64,000 nucleotides of DNA from Eledone cirrhosa (taxonomy: Eukaryota), in the NCBI GenBank assembly GCA_964016885.1, contig OZ024758.1:11656001-11720000 (forward strand), in the 5' to 3' direction. The position numbers and the translations under genes were made by a program. Of the stretch, positions 13,549 to 26,754 are shown in pieces. The notes beneath the pieces were generated by a model. That model had not been told where the DNA came from. It saw nothing but the letters and a program-made list of their open reading frames with translations, and did not search any database. Positions within the stretch are counted from its first letter, which is position 1, and every line of letters starts with the position of its first letter.

Positions 13549-14117
13549 ATGTATACTTACATATACACATACAAATGTATATACATACACCTTCACACAA
13601 ACACAAATAAAAATCCAAATTATTTTATAAAATAAATAATAGAAACTTAAATAGAGAATTTAAATTTTAACAACTTGAAATGATTTGGCGAAACAATATT
13701 TAACAACTGCTTTGTCGTTTAAAATTCATATATTTAAAGTATCTCTGTTTGACAAATGTTTATATTATCGATTTTAAAATTAGCAGTATTAGAATACAGA
13801 TTATTTTTTAATAGGATGCAGTCATCGTGATATTTTGTACTTCTCAAGAATGTGTCGTTATAATGTTGTTACATCGAAAATAATGTTAAAAAGTAAAAGA
13901 TAAGTCGTGACGTGACAAGCTAGACACCTTTTGACGCTGATAACTGAAGAATCAGATTAATTACGTCAGATTAGTTTTGAGAAATTTATCAAACTTTTGT
14001 CATTAAAAAAAAAAACGCAGCAAAAAAGTTATTAAAAAACGCCGTAGAAAACATTTAAAAAAAAATCATTTTATAAAGTTTTGAGAAATCAGCAGCGAGA
14101 ATTATTTGTTATTTTTT

Positions 14118-14210
14118 GGTGTATGTACATTGAACAAGGTGGTCGTTTGGTGTATGTACATTGAACAAGGTGGTCGTTTGGTGTATGTACATTGAACAAG
14201 GGGGTCGTTT
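14118..14210. repeat. 31-bp tandem repeat, 3 copies
   Basis: GGTGTATGTACATTGAACAAGGTGGTCGTTT. Confidence 0.9.
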
Positions 14211-14516
14211 CAAAATGATAAACAACAGGAAAGGAATAGTTTTGTCTCGTACTGATAATATTGACGAGAGTCATTGAATTCTGTAAAAAGAAACGTTATT
14301 ATTTTTTCTTTGCTGGGTATAGGGTTTGGGGGCTTTCGGGGTGGATGGTATATTTCCCTTTCATCTGTATGCAGTCGGATAAAATAAAGTACCAGTAATA
14401 CACTAGGGTCGATTTAATCGATTGACCGCTAACCCCCCCCCCCCCCCCCACACACACACAAAAAAAAAATTGTTGGCCTTGTGCCCAAGTCCGAAACTAT
14501 TATTATTATCATTATT

Positions 14517-14700
14517 GCGGTGGATTGGCAGTATCGGTAGAGGGTCGGACGTCATTCTTTGACGCATAGAATTACGGCCCTTTCCATGTTGAGTTCAAAT
14601 CCCGCCGAGGTCAACTTTGCTTTTTATCCTTACGGGGTTGATGAAGTACCAGTAATGTACTGGGTATTTGCTGGCCTTGTGCCAAAAGTAGAAAAAATTA
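14517..14700 (+). mobile_element. tRNA-derived SINE, near full length
   Basis: A-box-like TGGCAGTATCGG, B-box GAGTTCAAATCC, conserved body. Confidence 0.8.
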
Positions 14701-15052
14701 TTGAAATAAAACAACATTTATGAAAATATGCATTCTTGAGAAGACATGGTTTAAGGTTAGAGTATTTTGTTCAAAATCGTAATCATTTGAGTTCAATTGC
14801 AGGTGTCACATTATTTCACATTGCTCTGCTTTACATTGCTGGCAAATAGAGGAACCAGTAATGTCACACACCAAAAGTTTGAATCTCCCTGAGAACTAAT
14901 TAAATCAAGGTTAGATATATCTGTGGAATCTTCAAACCCTTCCACATAAATTGTACAAGCAGGTTCCGTTCGTTCTTTGAACAATTGGAGCACAAGTGGT
15001 CGAAGCTGGTGGTAGTCCAAAACACACACACATATGCACATGCATACACATG

Positions 15053-15083
<31 letters not shown>

Positions 15084-15359
15084 GTATATAAAATAGAAAA
15101 TTTCGGTCTACATGGCTGAATACAATAAATGTAATTCGCATGCCAAGATAAGCGCAAGAATGAAGTGTTCATTCTACTGACATGGCTATGAAATTGAGGC
15201 TTGTTTACAAAATCGCAAACGAATCGAATGTTATTATTAATCCGCCGAGGTCAACTTTGCCTTTCATCCTTACGGGGTCGATAAAATAAAGTACCAGTAA
15301 TGTACTGGATATTTGGTGGCCTTGTGCCAAAAGTAGAAACAAATATTCGAAAAACTCTG

Positions 15360-15448
<89 letters not shown>

Positions 15449-15621
15449 GTATATGTATATATATGTATACTTGGAGGGGGTCATATTTTTGTATATGTAA
15501 TAACATTGACAGAAATAATAACAGAACACACTCACTGTTTGGTTGTGTTTCGCTTCTGTATTTTTCATATCTCCATTGTTAATTTAATTGGCAATCAACG
15601 TTTGGATGAAGAAGAAAAAGG

Positions 15622-15661
<40 letters not shown>

Positions 15662-15875
15662 TATGTATATATATATATATATATATACATATGTATGCAT
15701 GTGCATATGTGTGTGTGTTTTGTACTACCAACATCTTCGACAACTAGTGCTCCAATTGTTCAAACAACGGACGGAACCAGCTTGTACAATTTATGTGGTA
15801 GTGTTTGAAGATTCCACAGATATATCTAACCTTGATTTAATTAGTTCTCAGGGAGATTCAAACTTTTGGTGTGTG

Positions 15876-15923
<48 letters not shown>

Positions 15924-15930
15924 TAGAGAG

Positions 15931-16200
15931 AGGCACATGGCATTGGGCTTGCAATCGAAAGGTTGTGAGTTAAATTCTCGGACCGGGTGATGTGTTGTCT
16001 CCTTGAGCAAGACACTTTATTTCACATTGCTCCAGTTTACTCAGCTGAAAATGAGTACCAGCAATAGCTGGAGGTTTAACCCTGCGATGGACTGGCGTCC
16101 TGCCCAGGGGGGTGGGGGAGTCTTGTACTCTCAGTCGCTTCACGCCATGAAATCGGGATAAGCACCGGCCAAATAACCCTTCTGGCTTAAGACAGACTTT
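15931..16200 (+). mobile_element. tRNA-derived SINE with CORE-like and Deu/Nin-like domains
   Basis: CCTTGAGCAAGACACTT (CORE-like) and AACCCTGCGATGGACTGGCGTCC...AGTCGCTTCACGCCATGAAATCGGGATAAGCACCGGCC (Deu/Nin-like, recognised from memory). Confidence 0.65.
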
Positions 16201-16792
16201 ATATATATATATATATATAAGAGAGAGAGAGAGAGAGATGGAAAGAGAGATAGTGAGAGGTGATACAGAGAGCTGAAATATTTGATATAGTTATAAGTTC
16301 TGACCTAGGGAATAACCTAGAACAAAATTGAATTGTCACATTAACACCTATATCTTAATGTATTGTCAGTTAGACATTGGAAGTTTAGACAATTATCCAT
16401 TATTGAACTCTGCTTAAGGCATCAGTTCCCCTCTATACAACTCTGTCTCTTGTATTAATAGTACTATCTCTATTCAAACATGGTTGCATTCGATATCAAA
16501 TTGCATTATGTCGGCAACCCACAATCTTAAAATATGAAAGTGATTTCTAAAATGGACACAAGAGCACACAATTTGGTGAGGGGGCGTAACAGTCGATCAT
16601 ACGACCTCTATATCTCTTGGACTGTTACATATATTATTTATGCCAGAACAATTAAATGCAAAGGTGGGATTCGAACTCATAATTTAAATGTATGTAACAA
16701 AATGTTCAGAATGTGTTTTGATTAATGCTCTTCCAATTATTCTATTCCTTCATTGCCATAGCAACAACAGCAAAGCCTGTAGCAATGTATAA

Positions 16793-17000
16793 TGGTTTCT
16801 GATTTAGTCACAAGGCCAACAATTTTCGGAGAGGGGAAAGTCAACCAAATCGACCCCAATGCGTGACTGGTATTTCATTTAAACGATGAAAGGCAAAGCT
16901 AACCACAGCGGGATTTGAACAGAGAACGTAAAGAGTCGTGGCTCTATGCTGCAAAGCATATTGTCCAACGTTCTACTAATTACTTGTAATCCGCCGCCCT
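16793..17000 (-). mobile_element. Diverged SINE copy
   Basis: CACAAGGCCAAC...GATGAAAGGCAAAG...GGGATTTGAAC. Confidence 0.7.
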
Positions 17001-17701
17001 CAATAAAAACTATTATAAAATTATAATTCTGAGGTCGAATCTCACCTTTGCATTTAATTGTTTGGCATAAATTATAAAATTATGCACTGTATGAAGGTGT
17101 TCAGCTTATTACAGGTATTGTAACAGCTTCGATGACATAACACGATATTATTTGAACTCGGAAAGGTAGAGTGTTGAAAGAACTCTGTTCACAGCTGTCA
17201 CTGATTTGCCGCGTTATGGCTACAGCACCAAGAATCGTATTTTCAATACACTACTTTATTTGCACTGGGTTCACAAGACATTGATCCGATTGGGATAGGG
17301 TGTATAGATTATCGAATACCACGATACAACTGATGTTGATTTAGTTTACCATTCACTGTTGAATGAAGGTAAAAAAAGATAGAGTTGATATACTTGTTCA
17401 ACCCCAGTTCAATCCTCATCAAATAAACTTATCATAAGACCTTTGTCTGCATTGATTTTTACCTTCATTTTCATAACATAAAATATAACCGTTGTCTCTT
17501 ATGAAAATAGCATTACATTATTAGAAGAAGAATTGGCTGCTATTTCTAGATCCAACGAAAGCCTAGAAGCACACACTCTATGAGAATTTATACAAGTTAC
17601 AAACTAATGAGAGTTATATACAAATATAACTTGAGGGTAATAATTTAGTTATTAATGAGTTAAATTGCATTTCTATAATTAAAACGTCAGATAAGAAATA
17701 A

Positions 17702-18160
17702 GGGTTTCTGATTAAGGTGCAAGGCCAACACATTTTGGTGGAAGAGAAGTTAATTCAATCAACCTCAGTATGTTACTGGTACTTTATTTTATCAACCCCG
17801 TAAGGATGAAAGGCAAACCTAACCTTGACGGGATTTGAACTTAGAATGTACAGGGACATAACTATATGCTGTAAAGCATCTTGTCCGACGCTCTATCGAT
17901 TAATTCCAATCCACCGCCCTCAAATAATTATTTCTAAATTTGAGAGTAGCTAACAATATTTTGGTGAGAAGCGAATATCAATTATATCGACCTCAGTATA
18001 TGACTGGTACTTTATTGTACTTTACTTGTAGCGACATCAGAAAGCTGAAAGGTAAAGTTGACCTCGGTGGGATTTGAACTCCGGAAATAAAGAACCGGAA
18101 AAAGCAAACAATACTCAGCATTTCTCCGTCGCTATTACGCCTCTACCAATCCACGACCTT
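17702..18160 (-). mobile_element. Two diverged SINE copies in tandem
   Basis: Two sets of ACTGGTACTTTATT...GGGATTTGAACT motifs. Confidence 0.7.
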
Positions 18161-18517
18161 CAGTTATAAAATAATACTACATCTCAGAAACAAGCATGAT
18201 TCTTGTAGAAAAGAAGTATTTGATTGAATGAGAATAAGTTGATTACATCTGTTTCTTAATTTCCGTTCTATAACTGCTTCATCGGGTCGTCCTAAGTCGG
18301 CATTATTACCATAATTCTGTGTTTTATTATTTCTATAAGAAAAGGTTGCTAGACACCCGATGATCCTTTTGCCCCCATTCCTGTGGAAAGGGAGGCTGAG
18401 GTTCATCCCCATCTACATTCTTACAGCACAAGGAAATGTGTTTAGAGGGAGAAATAGAGAGAGTTTGATAGAGGAGAAGAAGAAGAAGAAGAAGAAAGAA
18501 AGAAAGAAAGAAAAAAG

Positions 18518-18573
<56 letters not shown>

Positions 18574-18896
18574 TTGGTACATTATTAGCGACTCCAGAAG
18601 AGCAGATTTAATGAGGGCGAGATTTGGAATCATAGGTGTAAGACGTTTAAAGTGCCGCTCTAACAATTCTTCCAATTCGCCACCTTAGTTCATTAAAAGA
18701 CTTTACACTATTTAGTTTCTCTTCTTTAACTGGTAAGGTCGAATCTAATTGAGATCGATATTAACTGGTGTAGGTCCTGGGTCGGTAACACAAGAAACAG
18801 ATTTAAATCATGCTTAAATCGATATAAAAAACGCATTAAGTTACTTTCATCTCCCAATATAAATAAATATATAAATATAAATACATATGTGTCTGT

Positions 18897-18947
<51 letters not shown>

Positions 18948-18978
18948 TGTGTATGTGTGTGTTTATATATATGTGTAT

Positions 18979-19036
<58 letters not shown>

Positions 19037-19172
19037 TTTTTACATATTTTCTCTCTCCTGCAGATACGTTCACTCACTCTCTCGTTCCCTTAGTCAGCCT
19101 CTCGCGTTAGTTGTTTATTTTTTTAAAACATTTCATAGTATACCTACTCATAACACACACACACACACACAG

Positions 19173-19213
<41 letters not shown>

Positions 19214-19745
19214 AGCACATGCACACCCGCATAGAGATATAAATACAAGTTTCAAATCCTACCTGTATGAGTACGATGTTTAGTTGGCGCGCTCCATTAT
19301 TTCATTCAGTCCTGTACACAGATTTTATGTGAGGTAGTCAACTGGTAAATATATTCCTTGTCTCGCCTTTGAATTTACAAATTGCCGTCCGTTCATCCAT
19401 TACGGAAAGGAGAGGAAGTTGATACAAATAGTGATTGTCATGATGATGGTGGTGGTTGTAATGGTTGAAAACGGTGTTTGGCGGTTGCCGTGGTCGTGGT
19501 CGTGGTAGTGATAGTGGTAATAATAGTGGTAGTGGTAGTGGTAGTGGTAGTGGTAGAATACGATGATGTTGCTGATAACGATGATGATGATGTTTGATTC
19601 TAAGGGAAACACAACCAAAATAATATTAACGATGTGGATGACAGTAATGATAATTATATTGATAACACTAATTAATATATTTTATATTACAGATAACTAA
19701 GTAATTTGACAGTTATATAGACGATATATGTACGCAAATGCATAC

Positions 19746-19812
<67 letters not shown>

Positions 19813-20001
19813 TGTTTATATATATATGGTCTTATATATATATATATGTTTATATATATATATATATATATATGTTTATATACATATATATATGTATATA
19901 TATATATATATATATATGTTTATTTATATATATATATAAGTTTATTTATATATATATATATAAGTTTATTTATATATATATATATATATTTATTTATATA
20001 T

Positions 20002-20053
<52 letters not shown>

Positions 20054-20080
20054 TTATTTATATATATATATATTTTTATT

Positions 20081-20130
<50 letters not shown>

Positions 20131-20181
20131 TATTTATATATATATATAAGTTTATTTATATATATATATATTTATTTATAT

Positions 20182-20217
<36 letters not shown>

Positions 20218-20224
20218 GTTTATT

Positions 20225-20257
<33 letters not shown>

Positions 20258-20287
20258 GTTTATTTATATATATATATAAGTTTATTT

Positions 20288-20321
<34 letters not shown>

Positions 20322-20412
20322 GTTTATTTATATATATATATATGTATATTTATATATATATATATGTATATTTATATATATATATATGTTTATTTATATA
20401 TATATATATGTA

Positions 20413-20482
<70 letters not shown>

Positions 20483-20630
20483 TAGTGGAGAAAAGGGGTA
20501 CAGAAGCTGAGTGGGTGTAGGGAGGGAGTAAGCGAGTAAGATTATTACTGTTTGAACAGATGATAAATTCTTCCTCGTGTATGGCTTATCAAGATCTATA
20601 TAACTATACAAGTATGTGGTCCGTCCAGTT

Positions 20631-20731
<101 letters not shown>

Positions 20732-20838
20732 ATTTATATATATATATATATATAGATTTATATATATATGTATCTGTTTATCTGTCTATATAATTATATA
20801 TTTATCTCTAATTATATAAATCATCATGTATATATGTA

Positions 20839-20873
<35 letters not shown>

Positions 20874-21349
20874 GTCTATGCATTGATATAGACGAACGTA
20901 TGTATGCATGTATTTATATATGTTTGTACGTATGCGTGTGTGTATGTAAGTTTTTACATAAGTATACATGTGTTTATATGTATGTTTGAATGTATGTAAA
21001 CATGTGTTTCTGTATGTTTTTATGTTTGTTTTTATGTATGCATGTGTTTGTATACAAATATATGTATGCACGTTTTTCTATGTATGTATATATATGCACG
21101 TGTCTCTATATATGTATGTATGCACGTTGTATATAAGTATGTATATATGTATGCGTATATATGTATGTAAATATGTATGTGTATATATGTATGTGTATAT
21201 ATGTATATATGTATGTGTATATATGTATGTGTATATATGTATATATGTATGTACTGTGCCTTCCAAATCGTAAAACAGCTCCGAATGTTAAGACAAAACT
21301 AAGAACAAAATAAAAGTTTTTTTCTTCTTCTTCTAAAGAAGGAAATAAA

Positions 21350-22058
21350 AATTGGAAATGAATGAAAGAATAAGGAAAAGAAAAACGGAAAGAAAGAGGA
21401 AATTAACGAAGGAAGAAGAAAAAACCCAGATGATGATAGAATGAGGAAGAAAGTAGAGAGAAAGAGGGAGAGAGGAATGAATGAGGATGAGAGAACGCGA
21501 TAGGGGAGAGAGAGACGTGAGATAGAGGAGAAAGAGGGAGAGAGAAAGAGACTGTGGTGGAGAGGGAGAAAGAGGCAGAGAAAAAGAGAGTGTGGTGGAG
21601 AGGGAGAAAGAAGCAGAGAGAAAGAGAGTGCGGTGGAGAGGGAGAAAGAGGCAGAGAGAAAGGTAGAGTTAATGATTGTAGGAGAGGGAAAAAGAGAGAG
21701 AGAGAGAATTAGCGAGTGTGGGAGAGGAAGAGGTGGAATAGGAGGAAAAAGAGAAAGAGGGAGAAATTATCTTTGTGAGAGAGAGACAGAGATAGAGAAA
21801 GAGGGAGAGAGGGTGAGGTGAGAAAGAAAGAGAGTAAGAGAGAGAGGAAGAGAAACAGGAAGGGAGAGAAGAAGAGAGAGAGGGTGGTAGGGGAGAAAGA
21901 GAGAGAGAAGAAGAGAGGGAGGGTGGTAGGGGAGAAAGAGAAAGAAAGAGTGTGTGTGTGCGGGAGGGAGAGAGAGAGGAAGAGAGAGGGGAAGAGAAAG
22001 AGGAAGAGAAAGCTGGAGAGAGAGAGGAAGAGATAGAGAGAGGGCGTAGAGGAGAAAT

Positions 22059-22096
<38 letters not shown>

Positions 22097-22430
22097 AGAG
22101 AGATACACAGGGTGATAGGGGAGATAGTGTGAGAGAGTAGAAAAGAGAGAGGGAGATAGAGGAGAAAGAGAGGGAGAAAGTAAGAGAAAGAGGCGAAGAG
22201 AGAGAGTGGGGTTTAGGGGAGAAAGAGAAAGAAAGAGAGGGAGAAAGTAAGAGAAAGAGGCGAAGAGAGAGAGTGGGGGATAGGGGAGAAAGAGAAAGAA
22301 AGAGAGGGAGAACGTAAGAGAAAAAGGCGAAGAGAGAGAGTGGGGGATAGGGGAGAAAGAGAAAGAAAGAGAGGGAGAACGTAAGAGAGAGAGACTTTAA
22401 GAAAGGAAGAGAAAAAGAACGAAGAATGAG
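21350..22430. repeat. Polypurine (GA-rich) low-complexity tract with internal duplications
   Basis: Almost exclusively G and A; GGCGAAGAGAGAGAGTGGGG occurs three times. Confidence 0.85.
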
Positions 22431-22694
22431 AAGCTAAATGGAAGAAGTTGCCGGCAAGTCTAGTATGAGCGGAGTGTTTGCGGTCGTCGTTCACGTCGTT
22501 AGGTTGCCTGTCTGTCGATTGGTCGGTCTGACGAGGGAGGGGGGGGGGGGAGAAGAACTCATCTGCGGCGGGTGTGTAGTTGCCGATGCCAGTGCAGTGT
22601 ATATATATATATGTATATATGTATATATAATTATATATAATTATATATATATATATGTGTGTGTATGTGTCTGTATATATGTATATTTATAATG

Positions 22695-22821
<127 letters not shown>

Positions 22822-22983
22822 GTATATATAGCCAAATAATAACAAATCTCACAAACCCGACTATTCTTCCTTTTTTTACGTAAGCACTCTTTTTCATAAG
22901 TAGAAACACACACGCACACGTACACACACACACACACATGTATATATATATATACACACACGCAAATATATATATACGCACAC

Positions 22984-23034
<51 letters not shown>

Positions 23035-23299
23035 CACACAAATAAATAAATATATATATATATATGTATATATATATACACACACAAAATAAATAAATAT
23101 ATAACAGTAAGGCCTGCTTGTCTGTCTGTCCCACACTCCGACTGACTGACTCAGCTGCCTATGCCTTGTTGTTTTTCATCTTACAATGGATATATTCAGT
23201 GTTAACGTCGCCAGGCAAGCACGAGTAATCTGTTGCAGAGAAACAAAAACAAAACGAAGCAATGAGCCAAAATACAGCTCCACACGGTAAATAATGATA

Positions 23300-23366
<67 letters not shown>

Positions 23367-23367
<1 letters not shown>

Positions 23368-23555
23368 TGTTTCTACTTTAGGCACAAGGCCAGCAAATTA
23401 CCCAGTACATTACTGGTACTTTATTTTATCGACCCCGTAAGGATGAAAGGCAAAGTTAACCTCGGCGGGATTTGAACTCAGACTGTAAAGGGACGTAGCT
23501 ATGCTAGAAAACATGGCGTCCAACCCTCTACCGATACTGCCAAATCACAGCCCCT
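23367..23555 (-). mobile_element. Full-length tRNA-derived SINE
   Basis: Matches the family consensus; long (AAT)n adjoining its 3' end. Confidence 0.85.
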
Positions 23556-23557
23556 TA

Positions 23558-23591
<34 letters not shown>

Positions 23592-23592
<1 letters not shown>

Positions 23593-23960
23593 ATGCTTTC
23601 TTTATTAACCACAAGGGTTTACATAAAGTAGACATTAAGAACAGTACAGGACAATACAGAACGGTACAAATGGGCATTTCTGCGTGTAAAAAAAAACAAA
23701 AACAGAGGATGTAACAAAAAAATAACAATGAAAAACATCCTCATTAGGGTGGAGCCTCCGAGGGACATTTGTGGAGAAAGCCCATTAAAAGGCCACAGTG
23801 ACCCTGACCACAAGGGCAAGTGCCCTCTCCCAGTTTTCCACCTTTAATTTACAGACACATACTCAGAGTAGGCCCATTCACTCGGGCCATTCTTGCTTCT
23901 CTCACCCATCTTTCAACAAAATGCTGGGAAGAGAGCACTTCCCTCTCTACCCTGATTTTT
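23592..23960 (-). mobile_element. 5'-truncated L1/Tx1-like LINE 3' end
   Basis: Minus frame 23959-23849 reads KIRVEREVLSSQHFVERWVREARMARVNGPTLSMCL*, resembling a Tx1 ORF2 C-terminus; 3' UTR with AATAAA and a (TAA)n tail; second UTR fragment at 33788-33882. Confidence 0.6.
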
Positions 23961-24191
23961 ATAATAATAATAATAATAATAATAATGATAAAAATAAATT
24001 AGACAAAACGGAATACCATGAAAGTAAAACGTTTATATCTATCTATCTATCTATATAGTAACAATAATAAATTTGAAGATTAAAATCCAAAGAGGGCTCG
24101 ATAAGGATAAATATATATCAAATATATAAGAACCGTAGAGCAGCGATTCTTTGCTTAAACTTTAATCTGTTATTTTAATAATAATAATAAT

Positions 24192-24235
<44 letters not shown>

Positions 24236-24238
<3 letters not shown>

Positions 24239-24420
24239 AACGAGTAGGACCCCGACGGCTGAGGTCAAGCCGTTTCGACGGCTAGCTAATTCTGGACTTT
24301 TTTTTTAGTCCAGAATTAGCCGTCGAAACGGCTTGAGCTCGGCCGTCGGGATCCTACTCGTTTCTATTACCCACTCTACTACCCTAAGTATTGAGTACTT
24401 TGGTGCGTTATGGTCCATCA
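24236..24420. mobile_element. Fold-back PLE pLTR, family C
   Basis: Arms joined by TTCTGGAC-(T)n-AGTCCAGAA. Confidence 0.8.
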
Positions 24421-24440
24421 CATACATATATATATATATG

Positions 24441-24702
24441 AAGAAGTTATATTTAATTTGTTGGGATACAACAAGCAAATATTTTTATAACTGAAATATA
24501 AAGCACTCAACAAATTATTGGAGAAAAAATACAATATATTAACAAATGGAAACTATATATATATTTATATTTATTTGTTTATAAAACTGATCTATATTAT
24601 ATTTTATCTGATGAAAGCGCACCATAATTTGCTTTGGTGTCCTTGAAATATGTATAATGAAATAAATATGGTTTTATAAATATATTTTCTACTTGTTAAT
24701 AT
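24441..24702. mobile_element. Family A pLTR pieces with HHR at 24600-24664 (+)
   Basis: TATTTTAT-CTGATGA-AAGcGCACCA...TGGTGTcCTT-GAAA-TATGTATA^-ATGAAATA. Confidence 0.8.
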
Positions 24703-24739
24703 ATTATATATATATATATATACACATAAATATATATAT

Positions 24740-24787
<48 letters not shown>

Positions 24788-24788
24788 T

Positions 24789-24847
<59 letters not shown>

Positions 24848-24918
24848 GTGTGTTTATATATGTGTATGTGCATGTAAATATGTGTTTATGTATATATATG
24901 CATTTATATATATATATA

Positions 24919-25152
24919 TTGAACCTCCAAGATAACAATATAACCTACAATCTCACTTGGGGCTTACTGTCCAGAGCTAACTCTTACACTGGAGGACTCC
25001 GTCCGTGTAACTTATGCTCGGAGGAAATATTACAAATGTTGTTTTCAAAGGACCAACTCCTAAACAAGAAAGATGAACTGGTAACCGCATGCAAACACAG
25101 ATTGCGTAGCACTCACCTCGCCCTCAAACCCTATAACGACCCGGGTGGGTAG
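24919..25152 (+). pseudogene. C-terminal fragment of a Penelope-like GIY-YIG endonuclease ORF (5'-truncated)
   Basis: [61 protein letters not shown] fits the PLE pattern Y.I.W.IL..A..Y...C.LC..E...LLNKR.EL...C(R/K)H. Confidence 0.75.
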
Positions 25153-25848
25153 ACAAGGGCTGATACGCCCCCCCACCCTTCACACTTGCCGAATAAGTTA
25201 GGGGAAACCCCAGCTTACATAGGTAAATGTATCTCTTTTCTTTTCCTCTTTGTCTCCTTCTTCCCCCTGTCTCATCCTATCCCTTGCTTCCACCCCCTAT
25301 TTTCTTCCTCGTCTGCTTTCTCCTTTCGCCTACCCAGATGCAACCCATCGGGCCTTGTAGCATCAGTTCCCCCACCCATGTTATTTTAAGATAGAATTGG
25401 CCGAATACGTTTTACTAACTACTTATAGCAGATGTGTTAATAACCCCTTTAAGTTTGTATCTGTTTTGTAATTTCTACAAGTTTTTTCTATTCTCAACTT
25501 ATTCACCTGTAATTGTAAGATAGCATTGTGATTTCTTTATTCATTTCACACTATCTAATTTTATATTTATTTTTTTTATTATTTATTTCTAGTATCTTTT
25601 ACTGTCTCCTACTCTCTTTCGATTTACCTATTCTATAACCTCCCTCCCCCACTTCATACACTATTCTTAGAATCTGATGTATACATATCACTTTCAACGC
25701 TTGACCGCTCCACTCACTCCCCTATTGTTATACAGGCAAGTTCAGCCACCCCTACCTCCCATCAAATGCCATGATAGACTTATTTGTGTTTACAACAAAT
25801 TTTAACCAATCCTCTTGACAACTACAATCTTCCCATATAAGGAAGTAC

Positions 25849-25942
25849 CCCCTTGAAAAGTTCGGCTATTTATTCACCAGGCTAAAAATTCTAATTTAGT
25901 CCAGAAATAGCCGTCGAAACGGCTTGAGCTCTGCCGTCGGGG
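25849..25942 (+). ncRNA. Long-armed type I hammerhead, U3-A8 core
   Basis: CCCC-TTGAAAA-G tt CGGCTATTT...AAATAGCCG t C-GAA-ACGGC ttgagctct GCCGT-C^-GGGG. Confidence 0.65.
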
Positions 25943-26051
25943 TCATACTTTTCCTATTTCCCACTCTAATACCATAAGTATTGAGTACTCTGGTGCGTTA
26001 TGGTCCATTTGGTTCCTTACCACAATCCCTTTGTTATATATATATATATGT

Positions 26052-26474
26052 ATTACTTCAAAATATTAATAAATATAGACATTCATATGATCAAATATAT
26101 TTTATTATACATATTTCAGAGGTACTGAGCTATTTCAACAGTACGTCCTCATCCGATAAAATAAATTGATGTCTGACATACCTTGACTGTGTTGATGGTT
26201 AAAACTCAGTCGTACCATGATTGAATTTTAACCATCAACAGAGTCAAGGTATGTCAGACATCAATTTATTTTATCTGATGAGGACGTACTGTTGAAATAG
26301 CTCAGTACCTCTGAAATATGTATAATAAAATATATTTGATCATATGAATGTCTATATTTATTAATATTTTGAAGTAATATTAATAACTCCAGAACACCTT
26401 ATTGTAGAATGCTTCTAATCTATTGTAAAACTTTATTCATTGATTAATTCATTGAACCTTGTTAAAATTTTAAT

Positions 26475-26478
<4 letters not shown>
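26052..26478. mobile_element. Fold-back pLTR, family B variant; HHR at 26267-26332 (+), mutated copy at 26098-26163 (-)
   Basis: Approximately 160-bp inverted arms; TATTTTAT-CTGATGA-GGAcGTACTG...CAGTACcTCT-GAAA-TATGTATA^-ATAAAATA. Confidence 0.85.
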
Positions 26479-26531
<53 letters not shown>

Positions 26532-26685
26532 GATATATTTAAAACTGCAGTGAGGGATAGTAGATTACACAATAATTCAGATTTCATAGGCGATTACACA
26601 ATTGTATTGAAACACTGAACTCTATTGTATAATAAACCAGATTTTCCTGCTAACCTGTTTATACACAACTACACACATATATATA

Positions 26686-26750
<65 letters not shown>

Positions 26751-26754
<4 letters not shown>

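Larger units (their letters stand above)
24919..26036 (+). mobile_element. 5'-truncated Penelope-like element (family C) in (TA)n
   Basis: ORF remnant, pyrimidine-rich 3' region, HHR and family-C terminus; (TA)n on both sides. Confidence 0.75.

Noticed and set aside
19040-19345. Exon after the acceptor-like TTTTCTCTCTCCTGCAG
   Set aside because: No coherent reading frame or recognisable product; cannot be supported without transcript data
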